A stretch of 64,000 nt of DNA from Macrostomum lignano (lineage: Eukaryota), in assembly GCA_002269645.1 (NCBI GenBank), contig NIVC01000225.1:694286-758285 (forward strand), written 5' to 3'. A model generated the notes under the pieces. That model had not been told where the DNA came from, did not search any database, and saw only the letters and a list, made by a program, of their open reading frames with translations. Position 1 is the stretch's first letter. Every line of letters starts with the position of its first letter. The position numbers and the translations under genes are program-made. Below, one piece after another: positions 12,368 to 24,619 of the stretch.

Positions 12368-13868
12368 CTACATAGGTGCATCGGAATAGTTAGCCAGGTG
12401 CACAACTCGATTCGGTTGGCACTCTAATCTGCAAAGCGGGCACCTGCCGGTGAGTTGCAGACAGCGCACAATGCAAGCCCAACAGAACACGTGACCGCAG
12501 AGGGCGATTGCGCTGGCCTCAAGAACTCGATCGCAGCACAATGGACAGATTCGATTTAATCGGCCATTGTTATTATTGGCTTCGGCTTCGAAAGTCGGCT
12601 TCTCCTGCAAAGACATCGAATCTGTTGGATTATCCGACGGCTCTGCAGTTGGAGCGGCCGCGCCTGCGGCAGCCAATGCCGAGGCTAGGGAGCGCATTTG
12701 ATTAACTGCGCGCCCAGCTAAGCGCGCCAAACTCAGCCAGCCAATCAAGCGATACAGAGCCTCGGTCACGTGACCCAGGCCGGGACGACTGCGCAGATAA
12801 TTAATACCCAGAACTCGCTTGCTTAATTGATAATAGGAACCGTTTATGTAGAATAAAGCGCTGTTCAACTCGTACGCGCTGGTTGCTAGGGCGCTTAAAC
12901 GGCTTAGCAACGCCAGTCGACGTCTTTGAATAGGTTCTGACAGCGTCAGATCGGAGCGACACCTGTGCTCAACCCGTCTGAGCAGCCACAGCAACAGGTC
13001 GGGGAACAGGCACTGCAGTAGGATTAGGAATAGGCGAGCTCGACTACCGGGGAGACGGCGGCGACTGCGGTCGACCTGGCGGAGATAGACGAGATTGGTG
13101 AAGCGGTATAGCAACCACGTAGCAACCATAAGCAATTAAAAGAAAGCATAAGCAATAACAAGCATTTATAAGCAACCACATAGCAATCCCTCATTAGCAA
13201 CCGCATAGCAACCATAAGCAACCGCATAACAACTATAACAATCGCATAGCAACCGTAAGGTAGCATATGCAACCACAAGCTAGCATATGCAACCATATAG
13301 CAACTGCACAGCAATTGCATCTATATCAACCAAAAGCAACCACGTAGCAACCGCATAGCATGCACAAGCAACAAACAGCATAGTAACTATATAGCAACGG
13401 TATAGCAACCACATAGCAACCGCATAGCAACCATAAGCAACTGAATAGAAACCATAAGCAACGGCATAGCAACAATTATCAACCGTATAGAAACCATAAC
13501 AACCGCATAGCAACATTCCTAGTTCCTTAACCATGGCGTTTGAAACCTTATCTAGAAACTTATCCAGTCCGCACCTGCACAAGATTGACGTACTCTTCGC
13601 CAAGAGTCTGCAAGCACTGCGCAGTGGACGCCCCGTAGTACAAAGCTTTCGAGGCAACTTGACCGAAAGCAGACAGTCCCGACCTGCAGGCGGTGTAGCG
13701 CTCCAATCCCAGAACTGCCAGCGCTAATCTGTCCAGGTGCTCAGCTATCCTACTAATCCACAATTCGTCCATACGATAAGCTCGGACTAATTCTGCGTGA
13801 CTTGGCAACAAACTGGATGCTGTAGTAGCATTAGACTTTGCCGAAGTTGATGGCTCTTTAGAATCCAT
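12368..13868 (-). CDS. PEX10: Peroxisome biogenesis factor 10 (RING E3 ligase), about 333 aa, 2 exons
   Basis: Exons 13868-13575 and 13075-12368 (phase 0, GT-AG). The Pex2/Pex12 N-domain has ELVRAYRMDE, QTLGEEYV.LVQV and LFYING.YYQLSKR.LGI.Y. The C-terminal C3HC4 RING is CPLC...CGHVFCWACI......CPLCR. Confidence 0.93.
13100..13520. repeat. Degenerate short repeat (AGCAACC(G/A)CAT-type) filling the PEX10 intron
   Basis: Recurrent agcaacc / tagcaac motifs are visible. Confidence 0.85.
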
Positions 13869-14194
13869 GATGATTAGTTTTAATAATCAAAGCCAGTCAC
13901 CCTTCATAGATGCAACCAATTTTGTTGAGCGAAGCGCATGAGAGATAAGTTTGTTTAACAATGAATTATGGAAGCCAGCTTAGCATTCAACCGTGTGTAA
14001 TTCTAAGAAAACACCATTTTAACCCCTAGCTTGTCCAATGTCCATTCATTTCCATTGAATATTGGGCACCACAAGAGCCGAGTGAGTTTTCGCAGTCAAA
14101 ATCTCATGACACCTTTTACTATTCGAAAGTCCTCCGTTACGATAAGATAGAAATAAAAATAAAAGGCTGTATACACTACTGATGATAGCATCAG

Positions 14195-14323
14195 TCCTGT
14201 CTGTCTGCCGGTCATAGTGTCTGTCATAGTGTCTTAGTATCTGTCTGTCTGTCTGTCTGTCTTAGTGTTTAAGTGTCTTAGTGCCTGTCTTATCGGTCTG
14301 TCTAGCTGTCTGTCTGTCTGTCA

Positions 14324-14379
<56 letters not shown>

Positions 14380-14434
14380 ATCTGTCTGTCTTAGTGTTTT
14401 AGTGTCTTAGTGCCTGTCTTATCGGTCTGTCTAG

Positions 14435-14468
<34 letters not shown>

Positions 14469-14470
14469 TT
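14195..14470. repeat. (TCTG)n microsatellite with an internally duplicated block
   Basis: Directly visible. Confidence 0.9.
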
Positions 14471-14656
14471 CTAAGAACTTAGAAATAGAAATATTATCGC
14501 GATTAAAACAAATGTTGAATATTGAAAAACCACATTAAAATATTAAAATCGATAGTTGGAAAAGTATATTTTTATTCTTGAACACAGAAGGCACTGGAAT
14601 GTTTCTATTTCTAAAGTCCAAGTCTTTAGCTCCCGCAAGGAGATGGCTGTCACCCC

Positions 14657-15292
14657 CTACTGCAGATGCGGCGACCCAGTCGCTCTCAGACGCTTGAATT
14701 CGTCAGTCTCCATGTAGGCCTGCAACTTGGGTCTGGCGGCGAACTCCGTGTAGAATGCCTTCAATACCGGAGTGTTGTCAAGAGACTCCGGCCTAAGCAG
14801 TTGCAGGTAGTAGAGCACATCAAACAGTGCATAGTCGGCAATGGTCAGTTTACCCAGCGCCAGGTGCTTGGCCGAAGCCGGCTGAGCAGCCAGACGAGTT
14901 TCAAAGATTTCCAACATATCGGGCAGCGAGTTCAGAAACGGTTGTAGCAATTTTTCAAAGTCAATGTGCACCACGTTTAACAGACGATTGCGCAAGTCCA
15001 AGGTCTGGTCTAGCCACATGTCTACCTGGGCCTGCTCGATGCTATTAGAACCCATTAGGCCGTGCTCGCGAGCAAGGTAGCGAGCAATGGAATGCGACTG
15101 AGCAATCTGGATTGAACCATCGACTGTGAGCACTGGCAGCTGTTTGAACGGATAGTTGGGCTTGGCAGCCGGCCAATTGGCTCTGTCGTACTCGGTGTAC
15201 TTGTATGGAATGCCCTGATCGGCCAGCATCAGGCGGATTAGATTGGCTTTACCCTTGGCTGGCAAGTAGGTCAATTCGTATTTCTGCGACAT
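14657..15292 (-). CDS. Glutathione S-transferase, Pi-like, copy A (211 aa, intronless)
   Basis: Single ORF from ATG 15292 (MSQKYELTYLP..., IRLMLADQG, FKQLPVL, QSHSIARYLAREHGL.G, T.ADY.LFD.L). It is the most divergent of the four copies. Confidence 0.95.
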   Translation of the reverse strand: MSQKYELTYLPAKGKANLIRLMLADQGIPYKYTEYDRANWPAAKPNYPFKQLPVLTVDGSIQIAQSHSIARYLAREHGLMGSNSIEQAQVDMWLDQTLDLRNRLLNVVHIDFEKLLQPFLNSLPDMLEIFETRLAAQPASAKHLALGKLTIADYALFDVLYYLQLLRPESLDNTPVLKAFYTEFAARPKLQAYMETDEFKRLRATGSPHLQ

Positions 15293-15734
15293 AATCAATA
15301 TTTTCTCCGATATAAGCTTAGTTGTTATAAGCTGCTTCTGGTGTTATCTCATAAGCGACGCAAAAGTCAACTTGCTTTTCGAGACAAGCAACACGCTCAA
15401 GGTGTAAGAGTTTTATAGCTAACCAACTTCGATTGAAAAGCCGCAAGTCGCTTTAGTTGATCAAACGTCTTCCAAAGTCCACCACACAGCTTTGCACAAG
15501 CAACAAAGTGTCATAGTGTTATCTAAGTGTTTTAGTGTGGCAAATTTAAACCTGATAATCTAAACAAAAGTAAAATTTCTACAGTATAAACAAATACAAA
15601 TTGTTCGCATGGAGACCAGCCATAACGAAAAAGTTCAAAATGTTGAGCGCGCATCTCGAAAATAAAAATTTCAAATACCTCTGAATTCCGAATCAATCTG
15701 ATAAGTAGAAATTGAAATAAAAATTACCAGCAGC

Positions 15735-16315
15735 TTTGACTAGAATCTCCTCACAGAATGACCGACAGCTCTATGGCTAGAACCTCATTACAGAATGACC
15801 GACAGCTCTATGGCTAGAACCTCCTTACAGAAATGACCAGCAGCTCTATGGCTAGAACCTCCTTACAGAAATGACCAGCAGCTCTATGACTAGAACCTCC
15901 TTACAGAAATGACCAGCAGCTCTATGACTAGAACCTCCTTACAGAAATGACCAGCAGCTCTATGACTAGAATCTCCTCACAGAATGACCGACAGCTCTAT
16001 GACTAGAACCTCCTTACAGAATGACCGACAGCTCTATGGCTAGAACCTCCTTACAGAAATGACCAGCAGCTCTATGACTAGAACCTCCTTACAGAAATGA
16101 CCAGCAGCTCTATGACTAGAACCTCCTTACAGAAATGACCAGCAGCTCTATGACTAGAACCTCCTTACAGAAATGACCAGCAGCTCTATGACTAGAATCT
16201 CCTCACAGAATGACCGACAGCTCTATGACTAGAATCTCCTTACAGAAATGACCTGCAGCTCTATGACTAGAATCTCCTTACAGAAATGACCTGCAGCTCT
16301 GACTAGAATATCCTT
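15735..16315. repeat. ~37-38-bp minisatellite (CTCTATGACTAGAACCTCCTTACAGAAATGACCAGCAG), about 15 copies
   Basis: Directly visible between GST A and GST B. Confidence 0.96.
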
Positions 16316-16982
16316 AATGTAGTGTACGCTCTGCGCGGTAATAATGTACGGCTGGCTTGGTCGATGAATTCGTAGCAATATTCTTATTACGCAATACTCT
16401 CGTGCCTATAAATATATTGAATTGAGCAGTTTGCTCAGTTAAGTGCATCGTTTTCTCTCGCCAAAACTAAATAGCTAGTCTGAGTCATTACACTTGACAA
16501 AACATGAAATCGTGAAGACGTCATTATAATAAAATTGAAAAAATGTATTTTTTTAATTTAAAGACTATTGGCCATAGATAAAAGGGTTATTATTAATAAT
16601 ACAAATATGAAAACAGATATATGTATTAGAGTAGAAAAAATAAATAACCATTTATCAAAAAAGAGGGAAAACTGAAGCTGAAGTTGTTTTCAAGTTGAAG
16701 AAAGCGGCATTTGCAATTTGTTGATAACAATAAAAAATTATAACCGGAAAATATTGCAGGAAGCAAACAGATAGGACTAGGCTTATAAAATATGAAAACA
16801 GCCATTATTGATTAGCAATTGATAGTAAAAAATAATTGACTCCAACACCTCAACAAAGTGAAATCAATTTCTGCGTGCATTGTTATAATGGCAAAATGAA
16901 TACATTGAGTAAACTTTATTAAGCGTCTAGAGACGGTGGTTCAATCAAACTCAAACCACATTCACTACTCAAACTTCACTAC

Positions 16983-17615
16983 TCAAAGATGATCTGTCCC
17001 AGTGAACTTGGCCTCCTTAATGTCGTCACGGTTGAGGAAGGCGGCGATTTTCTCGCGACCGCCAAAAGCTTCGTAGAACGCCTTGACAGAGGGCAGACTG
17101 TCGGTGCAGCTGGGGCTCAGAGCCACCAGAGCCAGCAGCAGGTCGAAGAAAATGTAATCAACAAGGGTAATCTTGCCAAGCAACAGGTGAGTCTTGTCCT
17201 CCTGACTCGCCAGCTGCTTCTCAAACGGTTCCAGTAGGGCTGGAACAGACTCTAGAAACGGCTGCTTGCCAGCGTCATAGTTTTCGTAGATCATTCGCAA
17301 AAACTTCGTTCGAATGTCGATTGTCTGATCAATCCACATTTCAATTTGGGCCTGCTCGATGTTGTTGCTACCCATTAGGCCGTGCTCGCGGCCAAGGTAG
17401 CGAGCGATGGTGTGAGACTGAGATATTTTAGTCTTGCCATTGATCGTGAGCACTGGCAGCTGGCCAAATGGCATTGTAGGCTTCACTTCAGCCCAGGTGT
17501 CCTTAGTGATTAAGTTAAACTTGTACTCAATACACTGGTCCTCCAAGATCAGACGGATCATGTTGCCCAGGCCTTTCACTGGGAAATAGGTCAGCTCGTA
17601 GGTGTTGCTGGACAT
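16983..17615 (-). CDS. Glutathione S-transferase, Pi-like, copy B (210 aa, intronless)
   Basis: MSSNTYELTYFPVKG..., PFGQLPVL, SQSHTIARYLGREHGLMG and the N-cap T-x-x-D motif (TLVD). Confidence 0.96.
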   Translation of the reverse strand: MSSNTYELTYFPVKGLGNMIRLILEDQCIEYKFNLITKDTWAEVKPTMPFGQLPVLTINGKTKISQSHTIARYLGREHGLMGSNNIEQAQIEMWIDQTIDIRTKFLRMIYENYDAGKQPFLESVPALLEPFEKQLASQEDKTHLLLGKITLVDYIFFDLLLALVALSPSCTDSLPSVKAFYEAFGGREKIAAFLNRDDIKEAKFTGTDHL

Positions 17616-19446
17616 TGCGGCTGCGGGTTTGCAATAATTTTGTGTTCACTTTATATGCTGGAATTGAATGCGGTTTTTAAAATGTGGTGCACTATAACTA
17701 AAACGACACCACAGTCAAAGTTCACGTCTACACACTTATGGTTACCTGGATCATGTTCTCACAATTTTTTGATATTGTTTCCTATATAGGCTAATACCGC
17801 AATATCTGTCAGGATAAAACCATTGACAAAAAGCCTGTGAAAACTTACAAGAATGAATGAAGATTTATATTAGGATACCGTTTGAGTAAAAGTTATAGCT
17901 CGCAGTTAATAAGTAGCTAGTTTAGAAATCGGCGGCTAGAGTGAGAGAGAGAGAATCTGCCATGAGTCTACCAGCTGCTATATATTTACGGACAACTGCA
18001 GTCTATCCACGTGGTTGAGGTGGGTTTAGACGAGGTAATGATCGATACACTGAATAAGCCTAATGCGCAGTTGGCATGCAGAGCTTACGACTCGTAGAAG
18101 AAACGAAACGACTTGGGACTTGAGTGGCCATTCCAATTCGCTACACAATTCATGATTGGCATAGCAGTTGGAAAGGCAGACATAGTCCATTGCAGCTGCA
18201 GCAGCTGGTTAGTCTAACGTATTTAATATTGAGCTGAGCGAATGAACGCGGACCTGGATTTTTCAGAGCCCTGGTAAGTTGAGCTACCAGAGCATGCAGG
18301 GGATACGGCTACTCGATAATACTACCCTGGAGCAAAACTAGCTAGATTAAACTAGTCGCGAGTGGGGATCAAATCCAATACATGCCCAGAAGTATAAGAC
18401 GCGCAATTAACAATTATGATTTGTACTTTTCTCTCTACAGCTAATTTGTGTTCCTCTGACATTATGTAAACATGTTTCTTGTCATCATTGAAATGTGTTC
18501 CAAATGAGAAAAATTACATTGTATATGGACTCTATGTCATTCCTTGGTTTCCCGTCCAGATGTTTAACTTAAGACGTCCACCCTATTCAGGTACTATCTC
18601 TCACGACCAGAGAGAGTTGATTAGATAGTAAGAAACCCACACTTTGTAGAAAATAAAATGAGTCATTTAGCCTAAAAAGATTTTGACGGACAAGCAGACC
18701 CCGTACCGTCTCTAATCGAAAGCATACAACAACCTCCAAAAACAGTCTAGCAGAGACCAACTTCTAGGTTGCTTTACGAAAAGACTTCACTGGTGGAAAC
18801 TACACAAAATGATTACATAGTGTCACTATTACACGTATCTCCCTTGGCTTATCGTACAACACACGCTACACATTGTAATTCTAAAATCCTAGATCTGAAA
18901 CTAATATCAATTAAATTGACAGACTAATGCTTTTACAATCGGATCGATTTTCTATTAAATTATCCATACCTAACACTTATTAATTGACTCGTAAACATTC
19001 TCATTCTCTAAGCTGCTTCAAACATAGAAATAAACAGCAAACCACTCTACTAAGAAATAAGTAGAACTAAACGAGTTATATTTAATTACTAGAAATGGTG
19101 TGCAGTTTTTTCTGCAGATAGAATATTTTAACAAAATTTCTGCAACACAACGGTGAAGAAACGAAGTAATTCTAGCCAGAAAAATTGAATTGAATTTTAA
19201 ACTAGAAGTGATGCCGTTTGCTTAACATATATATATATAAAATGTTTAATCAAAAAGTATACGGAAAAGATGTTCTAAAAGCATTTAGATAAACAGACAA
19301 CTGAATTGTACTAGGAAAATGTCACAGCTAGGGCTATAGAAGATGGAATGCTAACGATAGTAAACTACAAGGGTTGTTAGCTCTCACATCAGTCATATAG
19401 TTTCAATTTCAATTCCACACTGGTTTCCAAGAACAATCGAGCAAAT

Positions 19447-20073
19447 TTAAACATGCATCGATCCGGTGAACTTCATCGACTTGATCTCTGGCTTTTCCAG
19501 GAAAGCGTGCAGATTCTTCCTGGCACCGAAGCTGGTGTAGAACGCTTTGACGTGGGGCGAGCTGTCCAGACAGGTCGGGCTCAGAGCGGTGAGCACGAGG
19601 AGCACATCGAACACGATGTAGTCAGCCAGGGTCAGCTTGCCAAACAGCAGGTGAGCACTGTCTCCAGTCAGCTGCTTCTCAAATGGCACCAGCTGGGCTG
19701 GAATAGAGTCGATAAACGGCTGCTTGCCGGCCTCATAATTTTCGTAGATCATTCGCAAAAACTTCGTTCGAATGTCGATTGTCTGATCGATCCACATTTC
19801 AATTTGGGCCTGCTCGATGTTGTTGCTACCCATCAGGCCGTGCTCGCGGCCAAGGTAGCGAGCGATGGTGTGAGACTGAGATATTTTAGTCTTGCCATTG
19901 ATCGTGAGCACTGGCAGCTGGCCAAATGGCGTTGTAGGCTTAAAGTCAGCCCAGGTGTCCTTAGTGATTAAGTTGAACTTGTACTTGATAGATTGGTCCT
20001 CCAAGATCAGACGGATCATGTTGCCCAGGCCTTTCACTGGGAAATAGGCCAACTCGTAGGTGTTGCTGGACAT
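19447..20073 (-). CDS. Glutathione S-transferase, Pi-like, copy C (208 aa, intronless; chimeric with B-like 5' and D-like 3')
   Basis: GST motifs as in B. The N-terminal ~115 aa are near-identical to copy B and the C-terminal ~80 aa are near-identical to copy D. Confidence 0.96.
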   Translation of the reverse strand: MSSNTYELAYFPVKGLGNMIRLILEDQSIKYKFNLITKDTWADFKPTTPFGQLPVLTINGKTKISQSHTIARYLGREHGLMGSNNIEQAQIEMWIDQTIDIRTKFLRMIYENYEAGKQPFIDSIPAQLVPFEKQLTGDSAHLLFGKLTLADYIVFDVLLVLTALSPTCLDSSPHVKAFYTSFGARKNLHAFLEKPEIKSMKFTGSMHV

Positions 20074-20848
20074 TGCGGCTGCGGGTTTGCAAATATATAT
20101 AAATATAATGGAAGAACTTCTACAGATGTTTTCTATGTCTGTATGCTAAGTAAAGCGTAGCTGGGGATCAAGGGGGGGCTTGAAAAGTGTTGAAAGGAGT
20201 CAACAGAAATGGTCGGCCAATTGTTGTGGACATCCGGCATGACTTTTGTCTAGTTTTTAGGTGGCTTCATGGGATGGTTGGTGCACTTTTGAAAACCAGA
20301 AATCGACACCACAATCAAAGTTGGCGTCTAAAGTTTTATCGAGACTAAACTTGAGTAGATGCCTGGATCATGGTCTCAAATTTCTGCTTTTGTTTCCTAC
20401 ATTGACTATACCTCAATATATCTCAGGGTGGCACCATTGAAAACTCTATCCAATAATAAAAACGCTAGTGAAAACTTACAAGAATAAAGACTTATTCAAA
20501 TACCGTCTATGTAAAAGTTAAAGAATTAGTGATAATAACCAGACAAATGAACTGAATCTTAAACCGGATATGATGCCGCATGCTTAAAATATGTATATAG
20601 TGTTGATTATAAAACGATACAAACTAAAATTGTTTATAAATGTTTATAAATAATGTAAATGTTTATAAATAAATAAACACACAACAGTTGTAATAATACA
20701 GCTAGAAAATAGTCATAATTAGGGTTATAGAAGATAGTAGAATGCTAACGATAGTGAACTACAATAGTTATAAGCTCTCATATCAGCCGTATAGTTTCGA
20801 TTTCAATTGCAGACTGTTTAAAAAACATCATTAATAATCCTAGCCCAT

Positions 20849-21472
20849 TTAAAGATGCGGCGATCCGGTGAACTTCATCGACTTGATCTCTGGCTTTTCC
20901 AGGAAAGCGTGCAGATTCTTCCTGGCACCGAAGCTGGTGTAGAACGCTTTGACGCGGGGCGAGCTGTCCAGACAGGTCGGGCTCAGAGCGGTGAGCACGT
21001 GAAGCACATCGAACACGATGTAGTCAGCCAGGGTCAGCTTGCCAAACAGCAGGTGAGCACTGTCTCCAGTCAGCTGCTTCTCAAACGGCGCCAATTCGGT
21101 CGGGATAGATTCAAGGAACGGCTTGAGTCCGTTCTCATAGTCGGTGTAGATCATTTTGGCGAATTTTTTGCGCAAATCGGCGCTCTGGTCGATCCACATT
21201 TCAATTTGGGCCTGCTCGATGTTGTTGCTACCCATCAGGCCGTGCTCGCGGCCAAGGTAGCGAGCGATGGTGTGAGACTGAGCAATCTGGGTCGATCCGT
21301 TAACAGTGAGCACTGGCACCTGGCCAAACGGTGTAGTCGGCTTTACCTGGGGCCAGTTCTCCCCTACCGGCTTGTACTCGTACGGGATGCCCTGATCCTC
21401 CAGGACAATGCGAACCATGTTACCGTAGCCCTTCACGGGAAAGTACATGAACTCGTATTTGTTGCCAGACAT
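20849..21472 (-). CDS. Glutathione S-transferase, Pi-like, copy D (207 aa, intronless CDS)
   Basis: The true start is taken as ATG 21472 (MSGNKYEFMYFPVKG) by alignment with the paralogues. A strong acceptor, tttctttcaatttcAG, lies about 35 nt upstream. Confidence 0.95.
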   Translation of the reverse strand: MSGNKYEFMYFPVKGYGNMVRIVLEDQGIPYEYKPVGENWPQVKPTTPFGQVPVLTVNGSTQIAQSHTIARYLGREHGLMGSNNIEQAQIEMWIDQSADLRKKFAKMIYTDYENGLKPFLESIPTELAPFEKQLTGDSAHLLFGKLTLADYIVFDVLHVLTALSPTCLDSSPRVKAFYTSFGARKNLHAFLEKPEIKSMKFTGSPHL

Positions 21473-23584
21473 TTCTAGATAGCTTGTGTTCGTTAGTTTG
21501 TTTTGGTCTGAAATTGAAAGAAATGAAGAATAAAAAACTGTTGTGTAAACTTTCAAAATAAAGTATATTCTCATCAACATTAAAAAGGTCGCCGCCTTTG
21601 AGACTGCGCAGACTGCAAAGATTGGATGGATTGAAGCTCCCGCCCGGTTTTTCATTGCTTTGTTAAACCTTTTTTGAATATCAAAATGGTTGGCCAGGTG
21701 ATAGACGCTAGTCGAAACACACTGCTCACTGGGACGACTTTTCAATGTTGCAGAGTATATATTAAACAATGTCATTTGTGATTAAACTGCCTGTAAAGAA
21801 TTCAAAAGAGTTTCAAGAGTTCAAAAGGCCCTTTTAGGGCCAGTTGACGCTACTGCCAGTAGTATATGAACTATTGCTCAAATATTGGCCAGAACCGTTT
21901 TAAAAATCTGGTCTGAACCAACAATATATTGATTTGAACATACATTCACTAATGACATTGCTTAACTTAGTTATATTAATAAAACAAGTTTTAATAATGA
22001 ATGTCTTAATATATTTGAAACTTACAATTAAATACAGTTGAGAAGAGCAGATCGCGATTACAGACAGAGAGTGGCAGGAGAATTGTTACACATGAGAAGG
22101 GTTTATATACAGTACAGAGAAGAAGGAAGGCTTCTATTAACACAACTGGATTTGCGGGGAGGTGAGTTGGATTGAACCGACCACCCACCTCTCTCCACCG
22201 TCGGGACCACACCCCATGCCCGTCCCCCTGGTTTAAACCAGTTGAGGCACGGAGAAAGTACACGGAATTTTGTAAGAAAAAACCACGACCGCGGGAGAGA
22301 CTCTAGACCGGCTGTATAGCCACCTCAGAACGCCCAGCCAATGAGATATTTGAGCATCAACAGACCCTCTATTCTCTGTACGGATAGGTAAATGAGTGTA
22401 CCTAACCACACCCACCCATCCACATATACAACAGCCAACCTCTCCACTCCGTCTCTCATACAAACAACGTATAATCAACGTTGTTCTTGCGTAGAAAACA
22501 GGCAGACGCGTGAATGACACGCTGCTACTTGAATTAGCACTCAGTAACTCGCTTCAATTCAATCCAGGGCAAGAGTAAGACCCACCACAAGTCGTACGAA
22601 CAATGCAAGCTTCCATTTAAAGAACTAATTCTACTTTTTTGTTAAGCTTTGATTATCGATTATTTCTATCGATTATCTTTACTTAACTGGTTAACAGCAC
22701 AGTGGATGACAACAGACTAGCACACCCAGTCCCGTTTTTTGGGGCTTGCTTGAACTGAATGTATAGGCATAGAAGCATGGGGATGCAAGGGTTTTTTAGC
22801 TTCAAATTGAGCTTTGACTAGCAACCTGCGCCCCCCCCCGTTGGGGAGGCAACAAAGAAAGAAAGAATGTTGAGAATAAGTATGTAGGTTTTGACCTTGT
22901 ACAGTCACTGATGTTAATCTTTAAGGGAAATGAATTTTAAAGCAAAAAATCACCAGCCCTGAAAGCCTAAGATATCAGCATCTGAACAACCCCCAATGAG
23001 AAATTTCAACAATGCCATCATGAGCATCGACATCTCAGAAATTCCCCCCAAGCGTCGATTCTTTTCTGGTTGAATTCCTTCATCATAGCATTTCAGCAAA
23101 TCCTCATGAGCTTTTACATTGAGCTTTACATTCAATTTGAGCCCTAAAAAACCAAGGTTTAAAATGTTTAAAAAACTTATTCATTCGAAAAAAAGTTTTC
23201 TCAAAATTATAAAATTTCGCAAAGTATAGCCTTCCAAACCTTATTATACTACTATAACAGGCAAGGTAAAAGTAGGCACATAAGAAAAAGCCAACAAGAT
23301 AGAACAAAAAACTGAATTATCTGACCATGTTGACTTTACCAAACAAAACTGCTTTTACACATTTTCCGTTTTTCGTTTACACTATAAGTGAGAGTTGAAG
23401 TAACGCACAGTCACGCAAAAGTCTGTGACAAAGTTATCTTCTAAACAAATATGTCTTGGTCCAGTTACAGCAACGTGCAAGCCAGTTTAACGGCGTATTC
23501 GTAGATCATCGCAATATGCAACAATTCTTTACGGAATGTTGTTATTCTTCATCAAAGCATACCTACAATTTTCAACCCTGAAGC

Positions 23585-24160
23585 GAATAAGCACAGTAGC
23601 CTCAAACCATGAAGCAACTAAGGACAGTAGCCTCATACCCTGAAGCAACTAAGGACAGTAGCCTCATACCCTGAAGCAACTAAGGACAGTAACCTTATAC
23701 CCTGAAGCAACTAAGGACAGTAGCCTCATACCATGAAGCGATTTATGACAGTAACCTCATACCCTGAAGCGATTTATCACAGTAGCCTCATACCATGAAG
23801 CGATTTATGACAGTAACCTCATACCCTGAAGCGATTTATCACAGTAGCCTCATACCCTGAAGCGATTTATGACAGTAACCTCATACCCTGAAGCGATTTA
23901 TGACAGTAACCTCATACCCTGAAGCAACCAAGGACAGTAGCCTCATACCCTAAAGCGATTAAAGACAGTAGCCTCATACCCTGAAGCAACTAAGGACAGT
24001 AGCCTCATACCCTGAAGCGATTAAGGACAGAAGCCTCACACCCTGAAGCGATTAAGGACAGAAGCCTCACACCCTGAAGCAACTAAGGACAGTAGCCTCA
24101 CACCCTGAAGCAACTAAGGACAGTAGCCTCATACCCTGAAGCGATTAAGGACAGAAGCGA
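23585..24160. repeat. 31-bp minisatellite (AGCCTCATACCCTGAAGCAACTAAGGACAGT), about 18 copies with two sub-variants
   Basis: Directly visible. Confidence 0.96.
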
Positions 24161-24619
24161 TATCATTGCAGAAAATCCAGCTAAACAAGTTTTTGATAAG
24201 CTTATTCATGTTAACTAGGAGTAGATTTGACACAGCTGATTAGTAGCAGAATTTGCAAAGTTAAGACAAACTGACACGGATACCACAAGCTTTAATGAAA
24301 TGAATTCATAGTTTAAACAGATTAATAAACACAGGGTTTTGTGTCCGTGTGAAATGAGGTCCTGTCTTATCTTCAACCAATTTCACATTATACTTATACT
24401 GTAAATAAAAACAATACCTGTGTTCAGTATCAATCAAAACATGTGCCAAGAAAAACGGTGGGTGGTCGAAAGTTAATGCAACATATCATAGATCAATTAT
24501 TGTATTTAATATCATAATTTTAAATTCAAACAAAAGTGCAGGATAAGGCATTGAGGATACTATACTATAATTGGCTTGGCCAAAATCCTGATGCAATGAA
24601 GCGCGATTAATGACAGTAG

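Noticed and set aside
13024-13657. Hydrophobic Cys/Tyr-rich ORFs (98 and 125 aa)
   Set aside because: They are read-through of the degenerate repeat in the PEX10 intron.
18230-18330. tRNA-like fragment on the minus strand (TAGCTCAAC...GGTCCGCGTTCATTC)
   Set aside because: It is too degenerate to fold as a tRNA and is not supportable as a gene.
14666-21478. Plus-strand ORFs antisense to the GST genes
   Set aside because: They are shadow ORFs caused by GC-rich codon bias of the real minus-strand CDSs.
21473-21775. 101-aa N-terminal extension of GST-D in the ORF track
   Set aside because: It has a non-ATG start and low-quality AT-rich sequence. The paralogues start at the position equivalent to 21472, and a splice acceptor lies just upstream of that ATG.
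21955-22520. Possible solo LTR (TATA-like box, AATAAA, TG..CA-like ends)
   Set aside because: No target-site duplication, PBS/PPT or second copy is visible, so the boundaries cannot be supported.
22950-23135. Exon-like minus-strand ORF (…KCYDEGIQPEKNRRLGG…)
   Set aside because: No recognisable motif and no phase-compatible neighbouring exons were found.
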